DNA of 38,977 bases from Armatimonadota bacterium (GTDB lineage: Bacteria > Armatimonadota > UBA5829 > DTLH01), in assembly GCA_039679675.1 (NCBI GenBank), contig JBDKUN010000013.1, forward strand, positions 1 through 38,977. The letters run 5' to 3'. The notes beneath the pieces are model-generated. The model did not search any database, was not told where the DNA came from, and saw only the letters and a list, made by a program, of their open reading frames with translations. The position numbers and the translations under genes were made by a program. This document shows, piece by piece, positions 26,714 to 35,665 of the stretch. The first letter of the stretch is position 1. Every line of letters begins with the position of its first letter.

Positions 26714-27718
26714 ATGGACTTTGCCGCAGTCATTCTCGCAGCGGGTAAAAGCACCCGGATGAAATCCGCGCTTCCAAAAGCAGTACATACTATCTGCGGC
26801 AAGCCCGTGACCCGGCACATTGTCGATGCCTGCCGCGCGGTAGGCATCGAAGAGACCATTGTTGTCGTCGGGTATGAAGCTGAAAAGGTCAAAGAGGCCA
26901 TCGGAAGTGATGTCCTTTATGCCGTGCAGTCCCAGCAGCTTGGAACAGGCCACGCGGCGATGCAGGCAATGCCTCAGGTAGACAAATCACACATGCTCCT
27001 TCTTCCGGGCGATGCTCCGCTCATAACGCCATCGGCCATCGAAAAGCTGATAACGTCGCACAAATCATCGAAATCCGCCGCGACGCTTCTCACGGCACTA
27101 CTGGACGAACCGGCAAACTACGGCAGGATAGTGCGCGGCCTCGACGGAAATGTCGAGCGGATAGTAGAAGCCCGCGACGCTTCTCCCGAAGTGCTTGCGA
27201 TAAACGAAGTTGCGACATCGATCTACTGTTTCGACGTCGAGCTGCTGAAAGCTGCGCTCTCGGAACTCAGGACCGACAACGCCCAGGGTGAGTATTATCT
27301 GACCGATACCATCGAAATCCTGCGGAGCAAAGGCCGCAAGGTCGGAGCCGTGACAGCGGACGACCCGCGCGATACGCTCGGAATCAACACGCGCATCGAA
27401 CTGGCCGATGCCGCATCCATCATGCGGCGCCGGATACTCGACGCTCTGATGCTGGACGGTGTGACGATTACCGACCCTGATGCAGTATATATCGATGCCG
27501 GAGTAAAAATCGGCAGGGACAGTGTGATATGTCCGGACACAGTCATCGAAGGCAATACTGTAATCGGCGAGCGTTCCGTAATCGGTCCGTTTGTTAAGCT
27601 GACCGATGCAGCAGTCGGAAGTGAAGTGCATATCGTATCTTCGGTAGTCACAGGTGCTGCGGTCCCTGATAAAGCATGTATAGGTCCATTTGATCATATT
27701 AAGGAAGTGAATGAGTAG
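26714..27718 (+). CDS. glmU: GlmU-like UDP-GlcNAc pyrophosphorylase, C-terminally truncated (334 aa)
   Basis: ILAAGKSTRMKS, QLGTGHA, NAQGEYYLTD and GIN. Ends at GPFDHI after a few hexapeptide repeats. Sits upstream of prs. Confidence 0.85.
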   Translation: MDFAAVILAAGKSTRMKSALPKAVHTICGKPVTRHIVDACRAVGIEETIVVVGYEAEKVKEAIGSDVLYAVQSQQLGTGHAAMQAMPQVDKSHMLLLPGDAPLITPSAIEKLITSHKSSKSAATLLTALLDEPANYGRIVRGLDGNVERIVEARDASPEVLAINEVATSIYCFDVELLKAALSELRTDNAQGEYYLTDTIEILRSKGRKVGAVTADDPRDTLGINTRIELADAASIMRRRILDALMLDGVTITDPDAVYIDAGVKIGRDSVICPDTVIEGNTVIGERSVIGPFVKLTDAAVGSEVHIVSSVVTGAAVPDKACIGPFDHIKEVNE

Positions 27719-28682
27719 TATGAATGATCTTCGTTTGTTCAGCGGCAGTTCGAACCCCAAGCTGGCAAGTGATATAGCGTCCAACCTTGGAATTTCGGTG
27801 GGCGACATGACCCTGCGCAGGTTCTCAGACGGCGAAGTGTGGGTGCAGATCAACGAAAGCGTGCGCGGGAAGGATGTGTTCGTTATCCAGTCCGGCTGCT
27901 GTCCGGTAAACGATAACGTGATGGAACTCCTGATCATCCTGGACGCGCTCCGCCGCGCCAGCGCGCGCAGGATCAACGTCGTAATGCCGTATTACAGCTA
28001 TTCCAGGCAGGACAAAAAGGTAAAACCGAGGCAGCCGATAACTGCGAAGCTCCTGGCAAACCTGATAGACACTGCCGGGGCCGACCGCCTGCTGGCTCTC
28101 GACCTTCATGCCGGACAGTTGCAGGGGTTTTTCGACATGCCGGTCGATAACCTCTACGCAGGTCCGATCATAGCCGACTACCTGAAGAAAAACGTGACGA
28201 CCCATAATAATGCGGTGGTAGTTTCGCCTGACGTGGGTGGAGTAACGCGGGCAAGGGCGATGGCCGAAGTCCTCGGCACTCCGATAGCCATTATAGTCAA
28301 GCGCAGGCCGGAGCCGAACAGATCCGAGGTCATGGAGGTCATAGGCGACATAGCTGGCAGGTCATGCATTATGGTAGATGACATGATCGACACCGGCGGG
28401 TCCATTGTTTCAGGTGCGAAAGCGCTTGCCGAGCGGGGCGCGAAAGATGTATACGCTGCCTGTACGCACGGGATATTCTCCGGCGACGCAGTTGCCAAGC
28501 TCGAAGACTCACTGATAAAACAGGTCATCTCTACCGATACTATACCGCTTCCGCCGGAAAAGCTGACCGGAAAGATGGTAATACTTTCCGTTGCGCCGAT
28601 TCTGGCCGATGCTATACGCAGAATTCACAAAGAGTCCTCCGTAAGCCAGTTGTTCGAGGGCTCCTGGACAGGGCAGAGTTGA
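27711..28682 (+). CDS. prs: Ribose-phosphate pyrophosphokinase
   Basis: FSDGE, YSRQDKK, DLHAGQ, VSPDVGG and VDDMIDTGGS. Confidence 0.95.
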   Translation: MSSMNDLRLFSGSSNPKLASDIASNLGISVGDMTLRRFSDGEVWVQINESVRGKDVFVIQSGCCPVNDNVMELLIILDALRRASARRINVVMPYYSYSRQDKKVKPRQPITAKLLANLIDTAGADRLLALDLHAGQLQGFFDMPVDNLYAGPIIADYLKKNVTTHNNAVVVSPDVGGVTRARAMAEVLGTPIAIIVKRRPEPNRSEVMEVIGDIAGRSCIMVDDMIDTGGSIVSGAKALAERGAKDVYAACTHGIFSGDAVAKLEDSLIKQVISTDTIPLPPEKLTGKMVILSVAPILADAIRRIHKESSVSQLFEGSWTGQS

Positions 28683-29239
28683 AATTAATCGTAGGGCTCG
28701 GCAACCCCGGACGGGACTATGCGGGTACGCGCCACAATGTCGGGTTCGAGGTGCTGGATGTCATCGCAAAGCGGCTCCATGTGCGTATCCTGCGGCGGAT
28801 GGGGCGCGCCCTCATCGCCCGCGCGAAGGTGGAGGAGAGTGAAGTCACTTTCATGAAGCCCCAGACGTTTATGAACCTCTCCGGCGAGGCAGTCTCGTAC
28901 ATCGCGCGCAGGGAGAAGATAGAGCCTTCTGAAATACTGGTGGTCTACGATGATATGGCGCTGCCCCTGGGAAAGATCAGGATCAGGCCGGGAGGCAGCG
29001 CAGGCGGACACAACGGAATGCGCTCGATCATCTCCCACCTGCACACCCAGGATTTTCCCAGGGTGAGGGTGGGGATCGGCTCAGCCGGCGGCGACGCCAT
29101 AGACCATGTGCTCTCCAGGTTCGCCCGGCAGGAACGCCAGATCGCTCATGAGGCCATCCTCACCGCCGCCGATGCTATCGAGATGATCATCACCGAAGGG
29201 CTGGAACCCGCGATGAACCGGTATAACAGGAGCGAGTAA
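28679..29239 (+). CDS. pth: Peptidyl-tRNA hydrolase
   Basis: LIVGLGNPG, TRHNVGF, KPQTFMNLSG and GSAGGHNG. Confidence 0.95.
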   Translation: MKLIVGLGNPGRDYAGTRHNVGFEVLDVIAKRLHVRILRRMGRALIARAKVEESEVTFMKPQTFMNLSGEAVSYIARREKIEPSEILVVYDDMALPLGKIRIRPGGSAGGHNGMRSIISHLHTQDFPRVRVGIGSAGGDAIDHVLSRFARQERQIAHEAILTAADAIEMIITEGLEPAMNRYNRSE

Positions 29240-29528
29240 GAAATAGCTTTTAGCAGTCAGCTTATACCTCCCATCCCTTTTTCCTAAAATAGTCATTGCT
29301 CTGTGTTTTGTACACGGAACCCGTACAATGGTAAACTACTGCACTAGAAAACTTAGCTGAAATATACCTACTTTCACCTTTTACTGTCTTGCATGACAGG
29401 CTGCTTGCCTAGTATAATCACACGAGACCTAAATTATCCTGAACGACTCATACGATAACTCCGAGCAACAAGAACAACCGCAAGTTCACTACGCCCGGTA
29501 AAGGGCATCGCTATATACGGACGAGACT

Positions 29529-30896
29529 ATGGCTAAAATACTCATTGCAGAAGACGACCTTGGCATCAGAGCTAGTTTGAGACAACTTCTTGAGAATATG
29601 GCTCACAATGTCACTGATGTGAAAGACAGTAAAAAGGCCGCCTCTTATGCCTGTTCCATGCCGTATGATCTTGTCATATTGGTTCTGGACCAGAAAACCT
29701 CCGGTATTAAGGCAATCCGCGCGATAAGAGAAGAATGTCCCGACCTCGCAATACTCGTAACCGTAGATGCCGGTTCCATATCGAGCGCTTTAGATGCATT
29801 GAAGCTCGGCGTATCGGACTACCTGGTAAAACCGTGGAGCAGCGACATAGTACGGATGAGGGTAGACCGCATTCTGGAGGAATGCCGGAAGACGAAACAG
29901 TTAAGACACCTTTTCGAAGAGATGGAGCGTCATTTCGACTTCCACCATACTGCCGGAATGTGCCAGAATTTTAAGCAGGCGATTGCTCTTGCATCGAAGA
30001 TTGCCGCGACTGATAAACCTATCCTGGTCTCAGGTGAATATGGGACCGGTAAGGAATGCCTTGCCCGGTCTATACACCACCGCAGCAAGCGGGCAGGGCG
30101 GCGGTTCGTAAGGATCGATTGCAAGAGCACCGCAGGCCCGGATCTCGACGCTGTGCTTTTCGGCATCGAGGACGGCAAGTTTTCAAAGGGGATCGATCAC
30201 GGAATCGGGCAGGTGGATTTGGCCTCCGGCGGGACAATCTTCCTCGATGAGATCGCAGATACAAGCCTGAGCACCCAATCGGTGCTTAACAGGATGCTGA
30301 GGGATGGACAGTTCTCGCGCATCGGCGGGACTGCTGTGGTCGATTCCAATGTGAGGATCATTGCATCTACAAGCAGGGACCTTGCAGCCTCAGTCGAGTC
30401 GGGCGAGTTTGACGGCGGTCTTTACCAGGTTTTGTGCAACGCCATTATCACGCTGCCTCCACTAAGAGACAGGCGTGAAGACATCCCTCTTTTAGCCGAT
30501 TATTTCGTCAAAAAATACGCTGCCGAGACCGGTAAACACATTTTATCGATTTCCGGCGCTTCAATTGATCTGATGCTCTCATGCGAATGGCCGGGAAACA
30601 TCCGTGAGTTCCGCAACTGCATTGAGCGGTCCGTTATCCTTTGCGACAGCGACTGCATCCAGCCGTGCCACCTTGCAATAAACGGAAGCAGATCGCTCTC
30701 CAAACATAAGCAACCGGCCGCAATGAAATCTTTAAGGGAAATTGAGCGCGATCACATCAAAAAAGTGCTGATCGCATGTAATTGGAACCGTTCATCCGCC
30801 GCAAGCATCCTCGAAATCGACCGTAAAACACTCCGCAGCAAGATCCGCGAGTTCGGCTTTGTTCCTCCTGAAGAAATCAGGAGAGAGAAGGAATGA
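29529..30896 (+). CDS. NtrC-like regulator (REC-AAA+-Fis HTH) with degenerate motifs
   Basis: GEYGTGKE, GGTIFLDEI, WPGNIREF and C-terminal AASILEIDRKTL. Confidence 0.85.
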   Translation: MAKILIAEDDLGIRASLRQLLENMAHNVTDVKDSKKAASYACSMPYDLVILVLDQKTSGIKAIRAIREECPDLAILVTVDAGSISSALDALKLGVSDYLVKPWSSDIVRMRVDRILEECRKTKQLRHLFEEMERHFDFHHTAGMCQNFKQAIALASKIAATDKPILVSGEYGTGKECLARSIHHRSKRAGRRFVRIDCKSTAGPDLDAVLFGIEDGKFSKGIDHGIGQVDLASGGTIFLDEIADTSLSTQSVLNRMLRDGQFSRIGGTAVVDSNVRIIASTSRDLAASVESGEFDGGLYQVLCNAIITLPPLRDRREDIPLLADYFVKKYAAETGKHILSISGASIDLMLSCEWPGNIREFRNCIERSVILCDSDCIQPCHLAINGSRSLSKHKQPAAMKSLREIERDHIKKVLIACNWNRSSAASILEIDRKTLRSKIREFGFVPPEEIRREKE

Positions 30897-31087
30897 GCGG
30901 TGGAAATCCCGCCGTTCCCTAATCCCGGAAGTGACACATCGGTCGTTTGCCATGTATAATATAGGTGTGCACGACGTTGTGTTACTGGAGGAACAAAGAT
31001 GTACGAGTATTGCAGCCGGGAATTCGCGCATTACCTGTCGAAAACCGGTTTTTCGACGGTAGAAACGATTGAACGAGGCATCGAACG

Positions 31088-31714
31088 ATGAGCCATGACA
31101 TAATCAGATGGGTGTTTACGCTCATACAGTCCACAATGGCGCTACTTATCGTTCTAGACCCGTTCGGGCTGCTTCCGCTTGTAGTGGGCGTGACTCACCA
31201 GATGACCACCAAGCAGCGCCAGCGTATGCTCACCAGGGCGGTACTAATAGCGTTCGCGATGCTCCTCGTCTTCACATTCAGCGGGACTGCCATACTCAAG
31301 CTTTTCGGAATAGAGCTGTTCGACTTGCAGATCGCAGGCGGGATGCTCCTTCTGGTAATGGCGCTCAACATCGTCATCCACGGGCGTATGTCCTCCGAAC
31401 CGGCGCTCGACGGCGGGATAGGCATGGGTGTAGTGCCGATAGCGTCGCCGCTCCTTGTGGGCCCAGGCTCCATCACAGCTGCGGTAGTCCTGGTCGGGAC
31501 TCAGGGTATTGTTCTTGCCTCCCTTGCCGTCGCAATAGCCTTTTTCCTGACATGGGTGGTGCTGAGAGCTACCACGCTGATATATAAAATCCTCGGCGTC
31601 ACCGGCTCAGATGTGATCGCGCGGATAATGGGGATTCTCCTCGCCGCAATCGCCATCGTCTACATCCGCGACGGCATTTTCGGTATTCTGGTGGCAAAAG
31701 GGATCTGCAAATAG
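31088..31714 (+). CDS. MarC-family membrane protein
   Basis: DPFG, IAGGMLL, VPIASPLLVGPGSI and RIMGILLAAIA. Confidence 0.9.
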   Translation: MSHDIIRWVFTLIQSTMALLIVLDPFGLLPLVVGVTHQMTTKQRQRMLTRAVLIAFAMLLVFTFSGTAILKLFGIELFDLQIAGGMLLLVMALNIVIHGRMSSEPALDGGIGMGVVPIASPLLVGPGSITAAVVLVGTQGIVLASLAVAIAFFLTWVVLRATTLIYKILGVTGSDVIARIMGILLAAIAIVYIRDGIFGILVAKGICK

Positions 31715-31806
31715 AAATCTCCGGCTATAGAACTTCGAATGAAGCAAAGAATCTCTCTGCTTCCGCACTCCAAAGAATTATGGGGAGGTATGCCAACCGG
31801 CCCAAG

Positions 31807-32769
31807 TTAGCCGGGGATATCCCCCCGCAGTGCCCTGTCCGTTATCTCTCGTACGAATGACCCCTTGGCGTCGGTATAGCCTTCGCGGTCGCCCTGGCAG
31901 CGCCGGGCAAGGTCACGCTTCAAGTCAACATACCGCGCGGCATCCGTTGGGTGCGTCCTCAGATAGTCGCGGAACGCCAGCCCATCCCACAGCCTGTGGC
32001 CTGCGGGCGCCATGTGGATGTGGTGAGTGCGTATGCCGGTAGTCCTGTCTCTCAGGATGAAGCACATGTGGTCTTTGTAGTACCAATACTCGTTTTCTGG
32101 GCTGTTGAAGGCCGGGATTGCCCGTTTTCTCGCCTCTTCGAAGGAAGGTATCTCCACCAGAATGTCGATAATCGGTTTTGCAGGCATGCCCGGAATGGAT
32201 GTGCTCCCGTAATGCTCTATACGGAGCGCGATATCAGGCCCCAGCAAGTTTTTTATCCGCTCCTGCATCTCGATGTACATCTGCGGCCAGGACGGGCTGT
32301 AGTCTGCGATGTCGATGGCGTCGTCCAATGGAGCGCCGATATAGCCGTTCGATACGATTCGGAATTCGCGGAGGGAGGGAGCGGCATTGTTCCACTCATC
32401 CGGGCATCTTGCGGTAAACTCTCCGCACGGTTTGCCGGGAACGGACTGGTCCAACCATCGCCATGTGAGCTTTTCCTGCCAGGTTAGCTCATCCTTTCCG
32501 CTTCGCGGCTCGAAGATGCTCCAAATATCGTCGTCTATCTCCCACGCCATAAATCCGGCGGGAATACACTCTATCCGGTCTACCTCGACGCCAAGAAAGT
32601 GGATGTAGTCTTTATCGCGTGTGCCGCTTGCATACTGAACCTGTCTGGCAACGCTCTGGGTATGCTTTACTTCGGGAAGCCTGCCGAATGTCTGGATAAG
32701 GAAGGGGATAGTATCATCCGGCGAGCCTTTATAGATAGCACCGACCAATCGCAGCCGTGAAGTTTCCAT
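31807..32769 (-). CDS. GrpB-family nucleotidyltransferase-fold protein with N-terminal extension
   Basis: EHYGSTSIPGMPAKPIIDI, HHIH, AFRDYLR and YTDAK. ATG overlaps the upstream stop. Confidence 0.82.
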   Translation of the reverse strand: METSRLRLVGAIYKGSPDDTIPFLIQTFGRLPEVKHTQSVARQVQYASGTRDKDYIHFLGVEVDRIECIPAGFMAWEIDDDIWSIFEPRSGKDELTWQEKLTWRWLDQSVPGKPCGEFTARCPDEWNNAAPSLREFRIVSNGYIGAPLDDAIDIADYSPSWPQMYIEMQERIKNLLGPDIALRIEHYGSTSIPGMPAKPIIDILVEIPSFEEARKRAIPAFNSPENEYWYYKDHMCFILRDRTTGIRTHHIHMAPAGHRLWDGLAFRDYLRTHPTDAARYVDLKRDLARRCQGDREGYTDAKGSFVREITDRALRGDIPG

Positions 32770-33452
32770 CAAATCCCTTTCGATTTCTGTAATCGTAATA
32801 CTTTGGCGTAAAATGACGAATCGGACGGTATTCCGAAGGCCGCCAGGTGTTCACGGAGCACGGATTCTGCCTGTTTTCGCCCCAGACGGTCGGCGGCAGT
32901 CAGCATCTCAGGCACCCACCGCTCCACCAGGTCCCAGATATAGCTGTAGGTGCCGAGTGTACGCCCTGTTATACCGACCTTGGTGATTATGAACTGCCGG
33001 TCAAGGTTTATAAGCACCCGGTCGGCGCTGTGCTTTGCGTCGGGTGTGAGCATTCGCTTCAGGTCTATTGTGGAAATGGGGCCGTACTCTTCGATGGCAC
33101 GATACACCTGCTGTGCTTCGGGTGGCAGCAGCCCGTTGAAGATTAGTTCATCGGCTACTGCACCGTTCGTCGCTATCAAAACAGGCAGCAGGGGATATGA
33201 CAGGAACCCAGGTTGGCCGCCAAAGACGCGCGTGTAGTATATGCGCTTTTCAGTGTGTAGATCGTCCTTCCAGAACCAGGTATCCGGCACGCCGGGGCTA
33301 ACCTCACCGAGTGCTTCATACTGACTGGGAAAATCCGGGTATCTTAGCAGGGGCTTGCCTGTGCAGCACCCGACAGCATCCACAAAGTGCACCATCTCAT
33401 CAGGTGTATGCACCTTTTCCGCCCAATTTTCACGCCACTTGCCTGCACTCAC
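32769..33452 (-). CDS. Hypothetical protein (possibly winged-helix/AlkZ-related)
   Basis: Long ORF coupled to the GrpB gene, with W.WKDDL..EKRIYY motif. Start uncertain (GTG 33452 or ATG 33470). Confidence 0.6.
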   Translation of the reverse strand: MSAGKWRENWAEKVHTPDEMVHFVDAVGCCTGKPLLRYPDFPSQYEALGEVSPGVPDTWFWKDDLHTEKRIYYTRVFGGQPGFLSYPLLPVLIATNGAVADELIFNGLLPPEAQQVYRAIEEYGPISTIDLKRMLTPDAKHSADRVLINLDRQFIITKVGITGRTLGTYSYIWDLVERWVPEMLTAADRLGRKQAESVLREHLAAFGIPSDSSFYAKVLRLQKSKGI

Positions 33453-33555
33453 GGCCGAATCACCTTCCATTACAGCAAAATACAATACCATCATACCATG
33501 CTGCTTATCCCGGTTGGAAATCCGGCGGTTTTTCTGTGAAGCAATGTAGCAACAG

Positions 33556-33612
33556 AAAGCCGGGACTGAGCTCTGCAAGCTAAAATTGTCTTATAAGGCT
33601 CAGTCCCGGCCT
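33556..33612 (-). terminator. 13-bp inverted repeat, probable terminator
   Basis: GCCGGGACTGAGC (33559-33571) / GCTCAGTCCCGGC (33598-33610), T-rich tail on the minus strand. Confidence 0.55.
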
Positions 33613-33636
33613 TCCCGGTTCAGTAGACTTTTGGGG

Positions 33637-34137
33637 CTACATCCGTTTTGACTCTATCTTGCTTTCAACGATGTTCCTGATAAGGTGCCTTGTCCGGTCA
33701 ACGAATGCCATCTTATCAGCGAGACAGGTCTCAAGCAGCAGGCCGACTCCGTAGTTGCCCGTTACATCGGCCGCTTCAGTCAGAGCCACAAATTCACCAA
33801 TGCGGAGCTGGTTCAGATGGCTGGCCTTGATCAAAATGTACAAGCGCCGCGCTGAAGGAGAATCTATCTCAGAAAGCTCCTTGCGGAAATCCTCTACAAA
33901 CACATCGTGAAGCCGTCCGGTGGGTTTCACGGGATTCTCGCCTATCATGTCGAAGCACTTATCGATAGTGTTTAGAACATTGTTCGACACAAAGGCTCTG
34001 GCCTGCAGGGCATCCTTAATGTCCGGATTATCAGCTTCCTCGCTCATCATTTGATAGATGGTAGTCGCGTTCTCCGTACCCTGTCGCACGTTGCTCAGTA
34101 TTTTTACAAATAGATCCTTCTGGTTATTGATTGCCAT
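33637..34137 (-). CDS. Ferritin-like DUF892/YciF-type protein
   Basis: Helical four-bundle pattern, AAAGGAG RBS, next to pfpI. Metal ligands appear degenerate. Confidence 0.6.
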   Translation of the reverse strand: MAINNQKDLFVKILSNVRQGTENATTIYQMMSEEADNPDIKDALQARAFVSNNVLNTIDKCFDMIGENPVKPTGRLHDVFVEDFRKELSEIDSPSARRLYILIKASHLNQLRIGEFVALTEAADVTGNYGVGLLLETCLADKMAFVDRTRHLIRNIVESKIESKRM

Positions 34138-34264
34138 AGTATCTGCTCCTTTCTAAGCACAGGTATCGGTTACGATGTTACCTTCTGGACCGATCATTGT
34201 GGCATATATTCCCATATGCAAGCACGAATATGGCAAGAGAGCATAGCTAACCAACGGTTTCACA

Positions 34265-34303
34265 AAAAATCAGGGCCTCTGGACTTTCAATCCAGGGACC
34301 CTT
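34265..34303 (-). terminator. Terminator after pfpI
   Basis: AGGGCCTCTGGA/TCCAGGGACCCT stem, T6 on the minus strand. Confidence 0.6.
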
Positions 34304-34319
34304 AACCATAAATTCTCCC

Positions 34320-34898
34320 CTACATCGCCTGTGCGGGCTCTTTTTTGGGCTTTACACCTTCGCCGAAGAGTTGGACCATTGCCTGGTTGAAAGCGGGAAG
34401 GTCTCTCGGTGAGCGGCTGGTCACCCAGTTGTTGTCTACCACCACTTCCTGGTCCACCCAGTTGCCGCCGGCGTTTATAATGTCGTCTTTAATGGTGTGA
34501 TAGCTGGTGAGTGTCCGTCCTTTGACGAGTCTGGCGGAAACCAGTGTCCATGGGGCGTGGCAGATAATGGCAATAGGCTTTCCGGCCTCATCGAACTGCC
34601 GGACGAATTCTTTTGCCTTGTCGTTTGCTCTCAGCTGATCGGGGTTCAGCGCGCCGCCCGGAAGAAGGAGAGCGTCGAAATCGTCGGCGTTCGCATCGTT
34701 CAGCGGTACATCCACCTTGAACTTATCCGCAGGTTTATCGTGGTTTATCCCCTGAACCTGTCCCTCCGCTGGCGAGACTATAAACGATTGAGCTCCAGCA
34801 TATGAAAGGGCTTTTCTGGGCTCGGTCATCTCTACCTGTTCGAAGTCATCAGCGACAAGAATCGCCACTTTCTTGCCATCAAGAGTCCTTTGTGCCAT
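34320..34898 (-). CDS. PfpI/DJ-1-family (YhbO/YraA-like) glyoxalase/deglycase
   Basis: DFEQVE, LLLPGG.NPD.LR, AIICHAPW and TSRSPRDLPAF. Confidence 0.92.
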   Translation of the reverse strand: MAQRTLDGKKVAILVADDFEQVEMTEPRKALSYAGAQSFIVSPAEGQVQGINHDKPADKFKVDVPLNDANADDFDALLLPGGALNPDQLRANDKAKEFVRQFDEAGKPIAIICHAPWTLVSARLVKGRTLTSYHTIKDDIINAGGNWVDQEVVVDNNWVTSRSPRDLPAFNQAMVQLFGEGVKPKKEPAQAM

Positions 34899-34936
34899 TA
34901 AATTACCTCCCTGTCCGAAATCTCAATAAATAATCG

Positions 34937-34962
34937 TTACCCGATCCGTAGACTCAGGAAAC
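34937..34962 (-). promoter_or_regulatory. SigB/SigF-type stress promoter
   Basis: Minus strand GTTTCC-N14-GGGTAA, about 40 nt upstream of pfpI. Confidence 0.5.
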
Positions 34963-34990
34963 GCGAGGGAGGATTTATGGAGAATTATGC

Positions 34991-35022
34991 CTCTCTCGGG
35001 CTGTATTTGCAATGCAGCCCGG
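34991..35022. repeat. Second copy of the 32-bp palindromic repeat
   Basis: Identical to 12561-12592. Confidence 0.9.
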
Positions 35023-35051
35023 AATAGCCGGATAGGGATCTGTGATCCCTG

Positions 35052-35390
35052 TTACTCCGGTTTCTCTTTTTTTAACTCAAATTTATAACTCCACGGTTTC
35101 GTATGTTCAAAAAAGCCTTCTTTTCCGAGTTCATCCACTGCATGCAGTATATTTTCCATAGTTACTTCAGGAAGAACTATGATCCCCGGCTCCGTAAAAT
35201 ACGGTTGTCCAAGCTTCACACAACACTCCAGTTCTTGTGTCAATCTGACCGGGTCGAAAAAACTGACGGGGTACTTTGTGCCGTCTTCCCCAATAACCAT
35301 AGCATCAGAAATATAGCCTTTATCCGGCATTTCATCAATAAACCGCTGATCAATACCATCTGGCAATACGAACTTATACTTGCCGCTCAT
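35052..35390 (-). CDS. Hypothetical protein, 112 aa (AT-richer than neighbours)
   Basis: GGGAGG RBS before ATG 35390; sequence MSGKYKF...YPVSFFDPVRL...EPGIIVLPEVT. Confidence 0.65.
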   Translation of the reverse strand: MSGKYKFVLPDGIDQRFIDEMPDKGYISDAMVIGEDGTKYPVSFFDPVRLTQELECCVKLGQPYFTEPGIIVLPEVTMENILHAVDELGKEGFFEHTKPWSYKFELKKEKPE

Positions 35391-35665
35391 ATATTCTGGC
35401 CTCCCAGTTAACACAGTGATTTCAACACAACATTTCCTATGTACTACGGCTAAGTTCTTTATTAATAAGCTGGATTCCTTCGTATACAGAGTTCTCAACA
35501 TCAGGGCTTGAATTGCGAAAGACGCGAAAACGGGAATGGTGGAGAGTGTGCTTCGGGATGAAAAGCGATCCCGACGCATAAAAGCATAGGGAAAGATAGC
35601 AGGGGCATGGATGCCCTGGGGAATGGGGACCGGGGCCGGATCCCCCGATCCATCAGAAATCTGAC

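Noticed and set aside
27098..27976. 292-aa minus-strand ORF as a separate gene or the missing GlmU half
   Set aside because: Wrong strand, no hexapeptide repeats, and it overlaps glmU and prs.
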